A DNA stretch of 59,942 nt, counting the filler, from Basidioascus undulatus (lineage: Eukaryota): the NCBI GenBank assembly GCA_000826855.1. It is 4 parts of 4 records of this genome, joined end to end, with 100 filler letters (N's around TTAATTAATTAA, not from the genome) between each part and the next. Parts side by side here need not be neighbours in the genome. Positions count along the whole stretch, not along the records: positions 1 to 14,937 come from JTLS01000680.1; 3 more parts are not named here. The stretch is one strand, 5' to 3'. Below the pieces are notes generated by a model. The model was not told the origin of the DNA. It did no database searches and saw only the letters and a list, made by a program, of their open reading frames with translations. Each line of letters opens with the position of its first letter. Within the stretch, counting starts at the first letter, position 1. Positions 1 to 12,549 of this stretch are shown one piece after another. A program made the position numbers and the translations under genes.

Positions 1-2315
<2,315 letters not shown>

Positions 2316-2994
2316 TAGAACACTGTCGAACGAATTCTTACCCCTGTTTCTTCTTGCCCTTGTTTCCCTCTTCTCCCCGCCATTGCTCCCGTCTACGACC
2401 TTTCCCGTTTACTGTTGTGCTATGCCTCTCTTGACATTTTGCCTTCTACTCCATGACCGCGCGCACTCTCGCAATCCCTCCTGTTCCTGTTTCCGTTCAT
2501 GTATGCATGCCCACTCATTTTACCCCCCCCCCCCCTTTTTTCTTCCGATTAGCTTTCTCCTTTTAACAATCCTACTACGTGTACCATGCTTCCGTCGATC
2601 TCTTGCTTGTACGGCCTACACATTCCTGTGCCCCCACCCCACGTAGCTAGCCCTGCTGCTTTCTGCCTACCGTGACCGTCGCTCGCTCGTACAATTGCAT
2701 ATGCAGTCGAATGATCTACTTGAGTTTGCCTGCGGCGCGAGCACGTATTCAATTGCTGGTGGGCAAGTAGCAGGGAGAACTTCCGAGAAGCCGTCTGTCC
2801 CTGAGTGCGCGAGTCGCATCTCGCTCGCTACCGTCAAAATCCTTCTCGACGCTGCGAGCTTGCTTCAGGTCCTTGCAGCTGATGAATGCTCCCGCAGCTT
2901 ACCTTATTGCAAGCCCGGTTGCGCCCGGATGGACTTCGTCGGCGAAACTTCAAGCGCCCGTTGGGCAGCGCTCACCGCTTCAAATGCGCTATGG

Positions 2995-3050
2995 CGTGCT
3001 TGGGACATGTCGTGCTTGGGACATGTCGTGCTTGGGACATGTCGTGCTTG
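2995..3050. repeat. 16-nt tandem repeat (CGTGCTTGGGACATGT) x3.5
   Basis: Perfect copies at 2995-3010, 3011-3026 and 3027-3042 plus a partial copy at 3043-3050, about 245 bp upstream of the monooxygenase ATG. Confidence 0.95.
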
Positions 3051-3294
3051 CCTCTCCTAATGGAGCTCGTACAGAGCAATCAAGGCTGTTGATCCAGTGA
3101 TTTATAACGCTTTTTGGTGCTTGTACGGTAGCGGGATTGGGCATTATTGCGTCGCAGACCCGGCCTCGCACGCCTTCGCATTGCGTGCACCTCAGCGAGC
3201 ACAAGTACTGCGGCTCGCGATGCAGCCCATCCGCTCTTGACGTCTTTCTCATACCATCACCCATTACTCACAGCAACCATCAGCTCATTCCATA

Positions 3295-5135
3295 ATGACC
3301 GCCGCTTCCACCGCCAACGACTCTGCTGCCGCACCGCCGGCGTACCCCGACTACGCGACGCTCCCCGTCCCTTCTATCCCGGAGGACTGGATCGCTCGCG
3401 CTCGTGAAGTTGGCAACCTCCTCGCCCTCGACGTTGCGGGTCGGGATGCGCGCAACGAGCTCCCCACACGCCAGGTCCAGCTGCTCAAGGACGCGGGTCT
3501 CGTCACTGTTTTGGGCCCGAAGGAGTCTGGTGGAGCTGGGCTGTGAGTTCCGCACGCATTACGTACCAGTCCGAAGTACGTTTACATGCTGTCGGAACAG
3601 CTCTTGGGAGACGGCTTATAAGATCCAGCGCGAGGTCGCATCTGGCGATGGGTCGATTGGCTTGGTTCTCGGTTACCGTGAGTAGACCATCCGTTGCAGC
3701 GGCAAGCGCAGCGTAAACTGAACAACAGTGCACAGACTACACCTGGTTTGCTACGAGCCTTATCGTCGGCACCGCTGAGCAGGAAAAGTACTGGCAGAAC
3801 AAGATCACTAAAGAGAGTAAGGCAACTTTATAACTACCTTCTACTCGAGCGCGCTAAAGAAGACGGGAACGGTAAGTATAGAGCTTTTCATCGGCGGCGC
3901 CGTCAATCCGCGCGACTCGGACTTGTCGATCAAGGAGTCCGCGGACGGGAAGAGTATCATCTTCAATGGAAAGAAGAGCTTCTCCACCGGCTCGAAGTTG
4001 TCGGACGTGACCGTCCTGGAAGGTGTGCCCGATTCGTTTCAGACGTCGGAGTGTAGTACTGACTGGAAGCTTTCATTTCAGGCGTGTTGGAAGGGACTGA
4101 GTCCCACATCTTTGCGATCGCTCCCTCAAAGCAGCCTGGCATCATCTACGGTGATGACTGGGTGGACGTTCTCGGCGCCCGCGGCACGTCGTCCGGCTCA
4201 ATCAAGGTGCAGGACGTCGCCGTCCCGTGGGAGGACGCGCTCGGCTGGGTGGACAAGAAGTTTGCACCTCTGGGAGCAGTGCGTAGTACTTCCTGTCACT
4301 TCGAGCTGGATTAGGCTCACTTCTTGTGGCGGAACCGCACAGTTCAATACCCTCCTGCTGCCGACCATTCAGCTGGCTTTCACCAACGCGTACCTCGTCC
4401 GTGCCATATTGACTAGATCCTTTGAGTGCCGTGCTGAACTCCCCCTCGTGCAGGGCATCGCTCAAGGCGCTCTCCGCCGGGCAGCTGCATGGGCTGTCAA
4501 GCACGCTCGCGTGTGGGACCACACACCGCATCCCGCTGAATCTGCTGTCGAGCAGTTCCACCTGCAGGAGGGTTACGGTGGACTTCAGGCCAAGGTAAGC
4601 AAGGTTGCGACACGGCTGCAGCGCCAGAACTAGTGACTGACCGCCCGCATGCTTCCCTCAGCTTTGGGGTGTCGAAGCTCAGGTGGACGTCGTCGGCGCG
4701 ACGATCTCCGAGATTCTTGCGTCCGAGCGGTCGTCGGTGACACCCGAGCAGCGAGGCGAAGTGGCTGTTCGCATTGCGGCTGCCAAGGAGCGGTACGTCT
4801 TTGGCCTTATTCACCTTCCATCCATCGCATGTTCCCTGACATGTCGAGTCATTTTACAGCGCGGTCGAAGTTGGCCTCGAGATTACCTCTCGCATCTTCG
4901 AGCTCACGAGCGCCCGCGCTGTGAGTGGGAAGTATGGTTTCGACCTTGCTTGGCGTGACCTCAGGACGCACACCCTTCACGACCCTATTGTAAGGATTTT
5001 TATAATAATTCCTCCCATATTTACCCACGTTCACACAGGAACACCCCCTAATAGGCCTTCAAGAGACGGGAGGTAGGGGAGTATGTGCTCAAGGGCCCGG
5101 GTGCAGGCTACCCCACCCCGACCTGGTACACGTAA
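3295..5135 (+). CDS. Acyl-CoA-dehydrogenase-fold flavin-dependent monooxygenase, DszC/SfnB/MsuC (desulfurization) type, multi-exon
   Basis: Motifs QLLKDAGLVTVLGPKESGGAG, GDGSIGLVLGYH, GGAVNPRD, FNGKKSFSTG, GARGTSSGS and FDLAWRDLRTHTLHDP, with C-terminus PTPTWYT-TAA (5133-5135). WRxxRTHTLHDP is typical of this group. Confidence 0.85.
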
Positions 5136-5443
5136 TGCCTTTATGGCCGTGATTACGTAGAGAATGAGTTGGACGGGTTAAAGTAATTTGGCTACAGTGA
5201 CTGTCGCTTCCAGTAGTTTGTTTTGGGCCATATGAGATCAATACGGCCGTCACAGCTGAGGCTCTGACGAGCGAATTTCACGTTCTCGTACCTGCCGTGG
5301 ACGTTTTGAGTATTTTTGACAAAACCAGGCACTTCTTGCGGAACATGAGCTCGGCTCCTGACAGAGCATGTTGAATAGGAACAGCACAGTGTTGCAGACA
5401 TAAGAAGCAGCGGCGGCGGCTGAAAGTCTCGACTTTGAACCCT

Positions 5444-7375
5444 TCAAATCAACACCATCCGCTCTACAACCGGCAACTCATCGCCTGCTTCCTCCCGGAA
5501 ACCTGCAACCTTGCCCAAGAGGTCGCCCCAGTTTGCAGCGGCCGGAGTGATCTTGCCCAGAACAACAGGGGCACGCGAGTCCACGAACTGTGGCACGATA
5601 ACGCTGCGTCCTAAGACGCATTCAGCCCCGAGAAGCGCGAAGGAGATCGCCTCCTTTGCGGCAGCGGGGATTCCGAGCTCTTTATAAACAGACAAAACAA
5701 GACTTCAGTATAACGGCTGATGAAGAGGCTCCTAGCTGAGCTGGCGAACAACGCACCATCGAGTTGGGCTATGCGTGTCCCTGGCAGTTGGGAGGCAATG
5801 TAATCGACGATCGCAGGATTGAAACCACCTGCAGTGGGACAGCTTGTGAGCCAATTCAGGAAATAACTCGCGAGTACGCACCACCGCCGCAGAGATACTG
5901 GCGCAAGTCATATCTGGTCAGTGTTGCTCCTTCGGTTAAACACCAGCTGACGACAGAATAGCGCAACTTACCAGCTCGTCCAAGTCCGGAAGCCCTTTGC
6001 GCTTTGGATGCTCCGGCAAGTACCGCCGATACGCATCAACTATCGATTGGGCGGTGATGCGCGTTAGGGTCGCGACAATGTCCTCTTTAGAAAGACTCTT
6101 CTCGAGGCCCTTCTTGATGAGCACGTGAGCAGAAGCGTCGCCGAAGAGCTCGCGACCTGCCATCGACAAGGCCCTTGACATGATCAACACTCCGTTCAGG
6201 GGTTCAGCAGAAGACCACAGCCGAACACACCAGTCGTTTTCGGCAGTGCGGCGGAGAAGTACTCCATGGCCAGCACCTCCTCGACCATCTCGCCGTCTAT
6301 CTTGCCCCGTTTAGCCCACTCGCCATCCTTGTCATACTGCACCTGCCCATCGGTAAAGTGACGCATGGCTGCGTCGATCCAGACATTGCCGGGACCAGTG
6401 TCGAAGTCGAAGACATCGAGCGGTCGGGATGCCGGGACGAAGGAGACGTTGGCGATGCCGCCTCTGCACATTACAGTTATTAAGCGGGTCAAACACCGTT
6501 ACTGGGAAACTAAACGAAGCTTACATGTTCTGGATACCACGGCTGAGAGTGTCATGATGTCCCACAAGCGCATCGATGAAAGCCACGAGCGGTGCACCAT
6601 GTCTGTACACGAAGCACAGTCAGTTGCTCAGTGGCGAGTGCACCCGAGATTGTTGAGAGAATGCATACCTGCCCACCGACACCTCCCCAGTACGGAAATC
6701 CGAGACGACAGTGCGGTTGAGCGCCGTACTGAGCGCCGTGGATTCCTGAAAAATTGCGTGGATGAGCACAAGCGTCGGCAGTTCCGTAAGCGACAGGCTT
6801 GAGAGTACGCGCCATCATCTGCAGCGTCGACTTGATCTGGTCCCCGACGGGAAGGGGAATGTGCCAACACGTCTGCCCATGGCTCGCCACAATGTCGACA
6901 TCGTTCCACTCGACCGACTCGGCAGCAGCGAAAGCGAGGGCGGCATCGGCGAAGACCTTTGTGGAAGTGTGAGCATTTCAGTCGATGGTGAAAGGCAGGA
7001 AGCTATGCATGCACCTTGCCAATGAGGAATCCCATCTTAACCCCAAACGGCCGGATCGTAGCATTAGCGATGTGTACTCAATACGGGTTGGTAATGACGA
7101 CGAACCTGGCAGACTTCCTCCAAGCTCACAGCATTGCTCTGGATCATCCGCAGGATCTTGCTCCTAGCTTCGCTTGGCACCGGTTGCTCGGCATACTTGA
7201 GAAGCTTGAACTCGAGCGGGCTGGAAGGGGAGGCTTGACTGATCGAGCACAGAGCGCAGTCGATTCCTGAGAGCAAGACAGTCAGAAAGCAGAAGAATAT
7301 GGAGTTGAGCACGACAGCAGCACCATCGACGCTCGTGCCGCAGTTGAGGCCGAGAACTGTTAGCTGTAGGCCCAT
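5444..7375 (-). CDS. Levoglucosan kinase / anhydro-N-acetylmuramic acid kinase (AnmK, UPF0075) family, multi-exon
   Basis: [90 protein letters not shown] and VLGKITP, all colinear with fungal levoglucosan kinase and AnmK motifs. Confidence 0.92.
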
Positions 7376-7541
7376 CGTTGGAAAAGGAGAGTTGGAGTGA
7401 GGGAGAGGTTGGAGAGAAGACGGAGAGTGATCGTCAGACGGTAGGCCGCTTAGTCTGAGGCTTCGTCAGGCACCGTGCAGAACGTCGGCGCACTTCAAAC
7501 ACGGGGCCGGCCATGCGACAGCGCCTCACCAGCCGTTGTTC

Positions 7542-7598
7542 TCCGGTGTATCGGAATGGACCGCTGAGAGATCATTGCCGGAGCTAATAAAACTCCGG
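7542..7598. promoter_or_regulatory. CGG/CCG-triplet inverted repeats in a bidirectional promoter (candidate Zn2Cys6 factor sites)
   Basis: TCCG-N6-CGGA at 7542-7555 and CCGGAG-N9-CTCCGG at 7578-7598, in the 560-bp gap between the divergent kinase and transporter ATGs. The regulatory role is inferred. Confidence 0.35.
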
Positions 7599-7935
7599 AA
7601 GGCTGCGAAGACTATTGAAGCTTATAATGCCCAGGTCAACTTCCTAAGCAATCGTGAATAGTGCACTTATTAGTGACCGCTATTCGGCCAACCGGCGAGC
7701 AATCCCTGACGATTTCCGTGCCACCCCAACAGGAGCTTATCCCTTGATCGGTATTCCGGACTCCCCTGTTCGGCTTATCATGCGTTTGCGTATGAGCCCT
7801 TGCCGGCAGCTCGGTTCGCCCCTCGTGAGTCGCGAAGCGCTCGCGCGACCTTGTCGCCGCTGGTCTCCTTCATCTACTTGAGCACTGCGAGCACCGAAAT
7901 CGCATCCTTCTTCTTCTTCACATACTTCCAGCACG

Positions 7936-10283
7936 ATGATCACAAGAATACGCGACAAATGGAGGACCCCGCTGTGGCAAAGCTTGCTCGTGGGCATGGT
8001 CCTGTTTTGTTGCCCTGGCATGTTCAACGCAATCGTGAGCACTTCATTCGGTCTGCTCGAGAGCTTACACATTATCTAACATCCTTATACTCTAAAGAAT
8101 GGCATGGGAGCTGGAGGATCTGCCGCGGCCAACACCGCGCTGGTGGCAAAAGCAAACAGGTCAGCCTTCCCACACCTCGGCGTTCCTCGAACCGGCTTCC
8201 TCAGCACACTCATCGAGCTAAGTGACTGGTTTGCATAAGCAGCGCTCTTTACGCGTGCTTCGCTGTTGTAGGACTGTTCAGCGGTTCAATCATCAACACG
8301 GTGGGACCTCGGATCTGCTTAGCCCTGTACGCCGTCTCACGTCTTCCAAGTGACTGGTTTCTTCCTCTGACCAATCGCCCCGATCTACCCCTTCAGAGGT
8401 GGAATTGGCTACGCAGTTTATATAGGCAGCCTTTGGTCTTTGGATCGAAGTGGGCCTCAAGCATTCGTGATCGCTGCTGGCGCAATCCTAGGCATAACCG
8501 CGGCTCTCCTCTGTGAGTGCTTCTAGTTCCATCGCTTAAATATGAACAATTGCAGCATTACTGCATTTGTGGATCGACGTCGAGAATCAGGTGCTAACAG
8601 CAGCTTTTTTGTCTATCGCTCAACAGGGGCGGCACAAGGCGTCGTCGTCATGTCGTACCCCCTGGAGGCTGAGCGGTCACGGCACTTTGCATACCAGGCA
8701 AGCCACCTACTTGGTCAAAAGTAATGAGATGTAACCAGTAGCTTTTCTCACAGTGGTCCTTGCTCGGCGTCGGGGCGGCAATCGGCGGTCTCATCCCTCT
8801 CGCGCAGAGTGTCCGCACCGGCACGACCGACGCGGTCTCCACGTCCTCCTACATCGCGTTCTTCATCATCGTAGTCTTCGGCATCGGCCTGTCCCTTCTC
8901 CTCGCCAAGCCCACCGATGTCCATCGTAACGATGGCACTCCGGTGCAGGTCGAGAGCTCACCGCCATTCAAGGACGAGATTGTTAGCATCCTCAAGCTCG
9001 TTACCGACAAGAACATCTTGTTACTCACGCCTGGTAGGTGTTGAGCTCCTTCATTCCCTGCATGGTGACTCCAAGCTGACGAGCTTGGTCAGCTTTCCTC
9101 GCTTCTAACTGGGTAGGCGGATTGCTCAGTCGCTTGACAGCTTGATCTGCTAACAGCTGCGGTTGGACAGTTCTACGCGTACCAATTTGGCATGAACGGC
9201 TTCTACTTCTCGCTGCGAGCTCGCTCCTTGAACTCAATGATGTACTGGTGCGTTCAGACGTGCCTTGGTTAAAGCTTCACCCAACTGCAATGCCGCTCAC
9301 GGAGCCCACCCCGGGCGTGTTTGCTGGTTGTAGGCTCACACAAGTAGTCGGGACTTTCGCCATTTCTGGAATTCTTGACCTCAAGAACGTCCGTCGCCGC
9401 ACCCGAGGACTCATCGGGCTCGCGTGAGTAGATGGGTGCCTTGTGACAACGCTGGTTCTGAAGCTGAGGGCGCCCCGCAGCGTCGTTACCGCTTTCGTTG
9501 TCGCAACGTGGTGTGGAGGCGTTGCGTTCCAGCTCACATTCACTCGCGAGACGCCGGCACCCAACAAGGACTGGTCCGACGCCGGCTGGGGCGGCCCGTT
9601 CGTTCTCTACTTCAGTGAGTCGCACGTCTTTCATGCACCCTCTCAAGGGCCACAACCGCTGATTACTTTATCCAATAGTGTACGGCATGGCCGACGCGAT
9701 GTTCCAGAGCTACTGTTACTGGTACGCCCCTTTCGAAAGTGCAAGTGCTGTCGCCGGGCAGTCCCACCTGACTCCGCCGTGTAACTTCGCAGGATCATGT
9801 CCGCCTGCACGAACGACCCCCAGCGTTTGGCGCGCTATGCCGGATGGTACAAAGGCATTCAATCGGTGAGTTTTCTCAAACATTTTCAGCTCAAACGCCT
9901 GGTGTTCACTCTGCAAGGATTTCCAGGCCGGCGCCGCACTGTCGTTCGGCATTAACGCCTGCGAAATTCCCTTCATCGCTGAGTGAGACAACTCCGAAGG
10001 TTCTCCTTGTCCGGGCACCCACGCTGACCTAAGTTTCCGGTCCAGGCTCGGCGTCTGCTTTGCCCTCCAAGTAGGGTCGATCCCTCTCATCCTGCTCGTC
10101 GCGCTGGGTGTAACCGACACGAACTACGGCCTCGAAGACACCGTCGTGCCGCCTAAGGATCTTGTTCAAGCAGCGGGCAAGGCGGCCGCCCTTGTCTACC
10201 ACCAGGAGCACGAGGAAGAGTCGGCAGGGTCGAAGGAGAAGGTTGGAGACGTTGACGAGTACGCGGTCGCCGTGCCTGCTTGA
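7936..10283 (+). CDS. UNC-93-like (DUF895/Ngt1-like) MFS transporter, many short exons
   Basis: Starts MITRIRDKWRTPLWQSLLVGMVLFCCPGMFNAI-NGMGAGG, then AALYACFAVVGLFSGSIIN.VGPR, GGIGYAVY, AAQGVVVMSYP, ASNW-FYAYQF, YGMADAMFQSYCYW and RYAGWYKGIQS-AGAALSF. Stop TGA at 10281-10283. Confidence 0.88.
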
Positions 10284-10727
10284 AAGTGAACACACTGCGA
10301 CATGTTCTAAAGGGGAAGTAGTGCGAGATTGTTGTATACGGATTGCATGTACTGCTAGACATAATCTTGGCGATGCTTGGGATGGACATTTGAGGGATGA
10401 AGTCTGTGGGCCGGCAGCGCATCCGCTTGGATTATTGTTTGTATGCGTGGTTGTCCGTTGGTCAACAGAAGGATGCGGTCGACAATGAGGCCGCAACGGT
10501 ACTTTCGACAAGCTACAACACGCATTTACCAAGCGCTTGGCAGGCGTGTTGCGAGGCGCATGTCTGAAAGGCCATTCATTGTCAGTCTCAGCTGAGCGAA
10601 CATGTAGAGCACAAGAGGCATGAGCTGCTTCAAAGCATTGCAGACAGGGTACTGCGGCGGACATCATGCAGTACATGACCTTCAGGACACCTCTTCGTCG
10701 TCCTCAGACCCTATCATCCTTGCGACC

Positions 10728-11822
10728 TCATGCCCAATCCTCTCGATCCTGGAATTCAACCTCTGTCGAGTCCTTGCACAGCAAAAGCGGAGAGTGGCTC
10801 TGAGCATGGCGTGCAGGACAGAGCGGACCTTGACGCTCGGATAGCTTGAAAGAGAACGGCATGGTGAGAGCGTCCTCAGCGTAAGGCACAGGGGTTGCAT
10901 CGGGGTACAAGTGTGCGAAGAGCGGCGACACGAGCATGTACTGTTCAACGCGTTGCCGGGAAACATTCAGCTGCTCTTGGACGGATAGGAGGGGGGGGAC
11001 TTGAAGCACACCGGTTTCAGCTCAAGGTTGCACCAGAGCGTCCGCCAATCGGAATCGGCGAGATGAGAAACAAAGGCGTCGTCCCTGTGGTAGAGGCTGT
11101 TGCGGCCCTCCCAGCTGTGGATTATATACGTCAATTAGGTTAGCCATACCGCGCGGAGGATGGGACGTACACGAGAACGCGAGCTATCTCCCTGCGCAGT
11201 TTAACTCCCAGAAAACAAGCTAGGCGACCGGGCCGATGCGAACTTGTATCGCTTGCTCGAGCACCTCCATGGAGACGCCATGCACCGGGATAACACCGAA
11301 AGGCTTGCCGTTTCACAGAGGGACGAGAGTGTACGGACGCTGGAACGGCTAGCGTCGACGCGCTGCCAGCACTGGATGCTTTGCTGTCCCTCCTCCAAGG
11401 CTTTGCTGTAGAAGAACGCGTCCGCGTCGAAGGCGTGAAGTAGACTGTCCTCAACCATTTAAGTAAACTCCATGCTGGAAGTGGACGAACCGGGCTGTGA
11501 AATGCCGGTGAGCGCCTCGAAAGAGACGAGCCAGTCGCACGACTCCTCTTCCTCCGCCTCCGCGAGAACTCGAACATGGCCGAGCCGAGTGAAAGCATCT
11601 TTACGCAAGATCTTGAGATCCTCCAAAGATGTCTCCTCGCTCGTACCAACGCCGAAGTAGGGTACGCAGTCTGGCAAGCCGCAGACCGCGCAGAAGAGGC
11701 TCGGTGGCGGATCGCTCGAACGCTCTGCGTCGGACTCTTCAAGATTCTTGTCCAGCTTGTCCAGCTCCTCATCGCTAATAAGCAGTTCAAAAGCTGTGAA
11801 TTCGAGCTCGCCGGAGATCATG
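10728..11822 (-). CDS. Hypothetical multi-exon protein
   Basis: Starts MISGELEFTAFELL, has an acidic N-terminus with FCAVCGLPDC, and plausible GT-AG introns join ...YVPSSAR/LYHRDDAF...ELKP/YMLVSPLF. No family recognised and the exon structure is uncertain. Confidence 0.4.
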
Positions 11823-12549
11823 GCGAGACAGGTTAGCAGTATAGGAAGTGAAGGAGGAGGATGGGCGCATGGGCGCAAGAGGGAAGAAGCGACGCTGCAC
11901 AAAATTTTCGTTCCTGTGACCGCGGTAACGGGCCGTCCAGTACTCCGGAAAGATTTTCTAAGGCGGAAAACTCTGAATTGAATGCTTAAGCTGGCCATGT
12001 AACATCCTGTGCATTTAAAGTCCGTAATGCGTCCGAATATTAGCTTAGCATCCCGCCTGCACGGCACGAAAGGGCGGCCGTGTCATCGAAAGTGCTTCGC
12101 GATACAAGTCTACAAATATAGATCTACTGAAATATTTGAGAAATGTCCAAAGACGTAGTCTGAGAGGACGTGGAATTCCCAGAGAGCTCTGTGGCTCCCG
12201 CTTAGCCGCGTGGCCTTCACGCACGCCCTGTTCCTGTCCTGCTCTTGCCACCTCCTGACAACACAATCACAATCAAAACTGCACAAGGAAAATGAAGAAA
12301 GAAACAAGTCTGCCTGCGGGATGTTCCTCGTCTCACGCACTCACCGCTACTCCCTCCCTTTCCTCTGTCGACCTCGAGCTCTGCCACTTGGTCACATATA
12401 GAACACACTACAGAACCTCTTCAAGATGCAATGCATATTGTGAAACGGGGAGACAAGAACAAGAACGTGTGTGCTCATGGGAGGGGAAACGTCAAAGCGA
12501 ATGCTGGCCAGCCGACAGCCGATGGCTGTGCGGCGCTCAGGATCAGAGA

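Noticed and set aside
2995..3050. Short direct repeats (also 18686-19042 and 31138-31191) as CRISPR-like arrays
   Set aside because: The units are contiguous with no spacers, there are no cas genes, and the context is eukaryotic.
5133..5446. Cryptic peroxisomal targeting through TGA-CTA stop readthrough in the enzyme genes
   Set aside because: None of the stop codons I inspected has the TGA-CTA context.
11459..11461. In-frame TAA between two collinear ORFs, suggesting readthrough or a pseudogene
   Set aside because: It falls inside a plausible 46-nt gttcgt...gacag intron, so a stop cannot be claimed.
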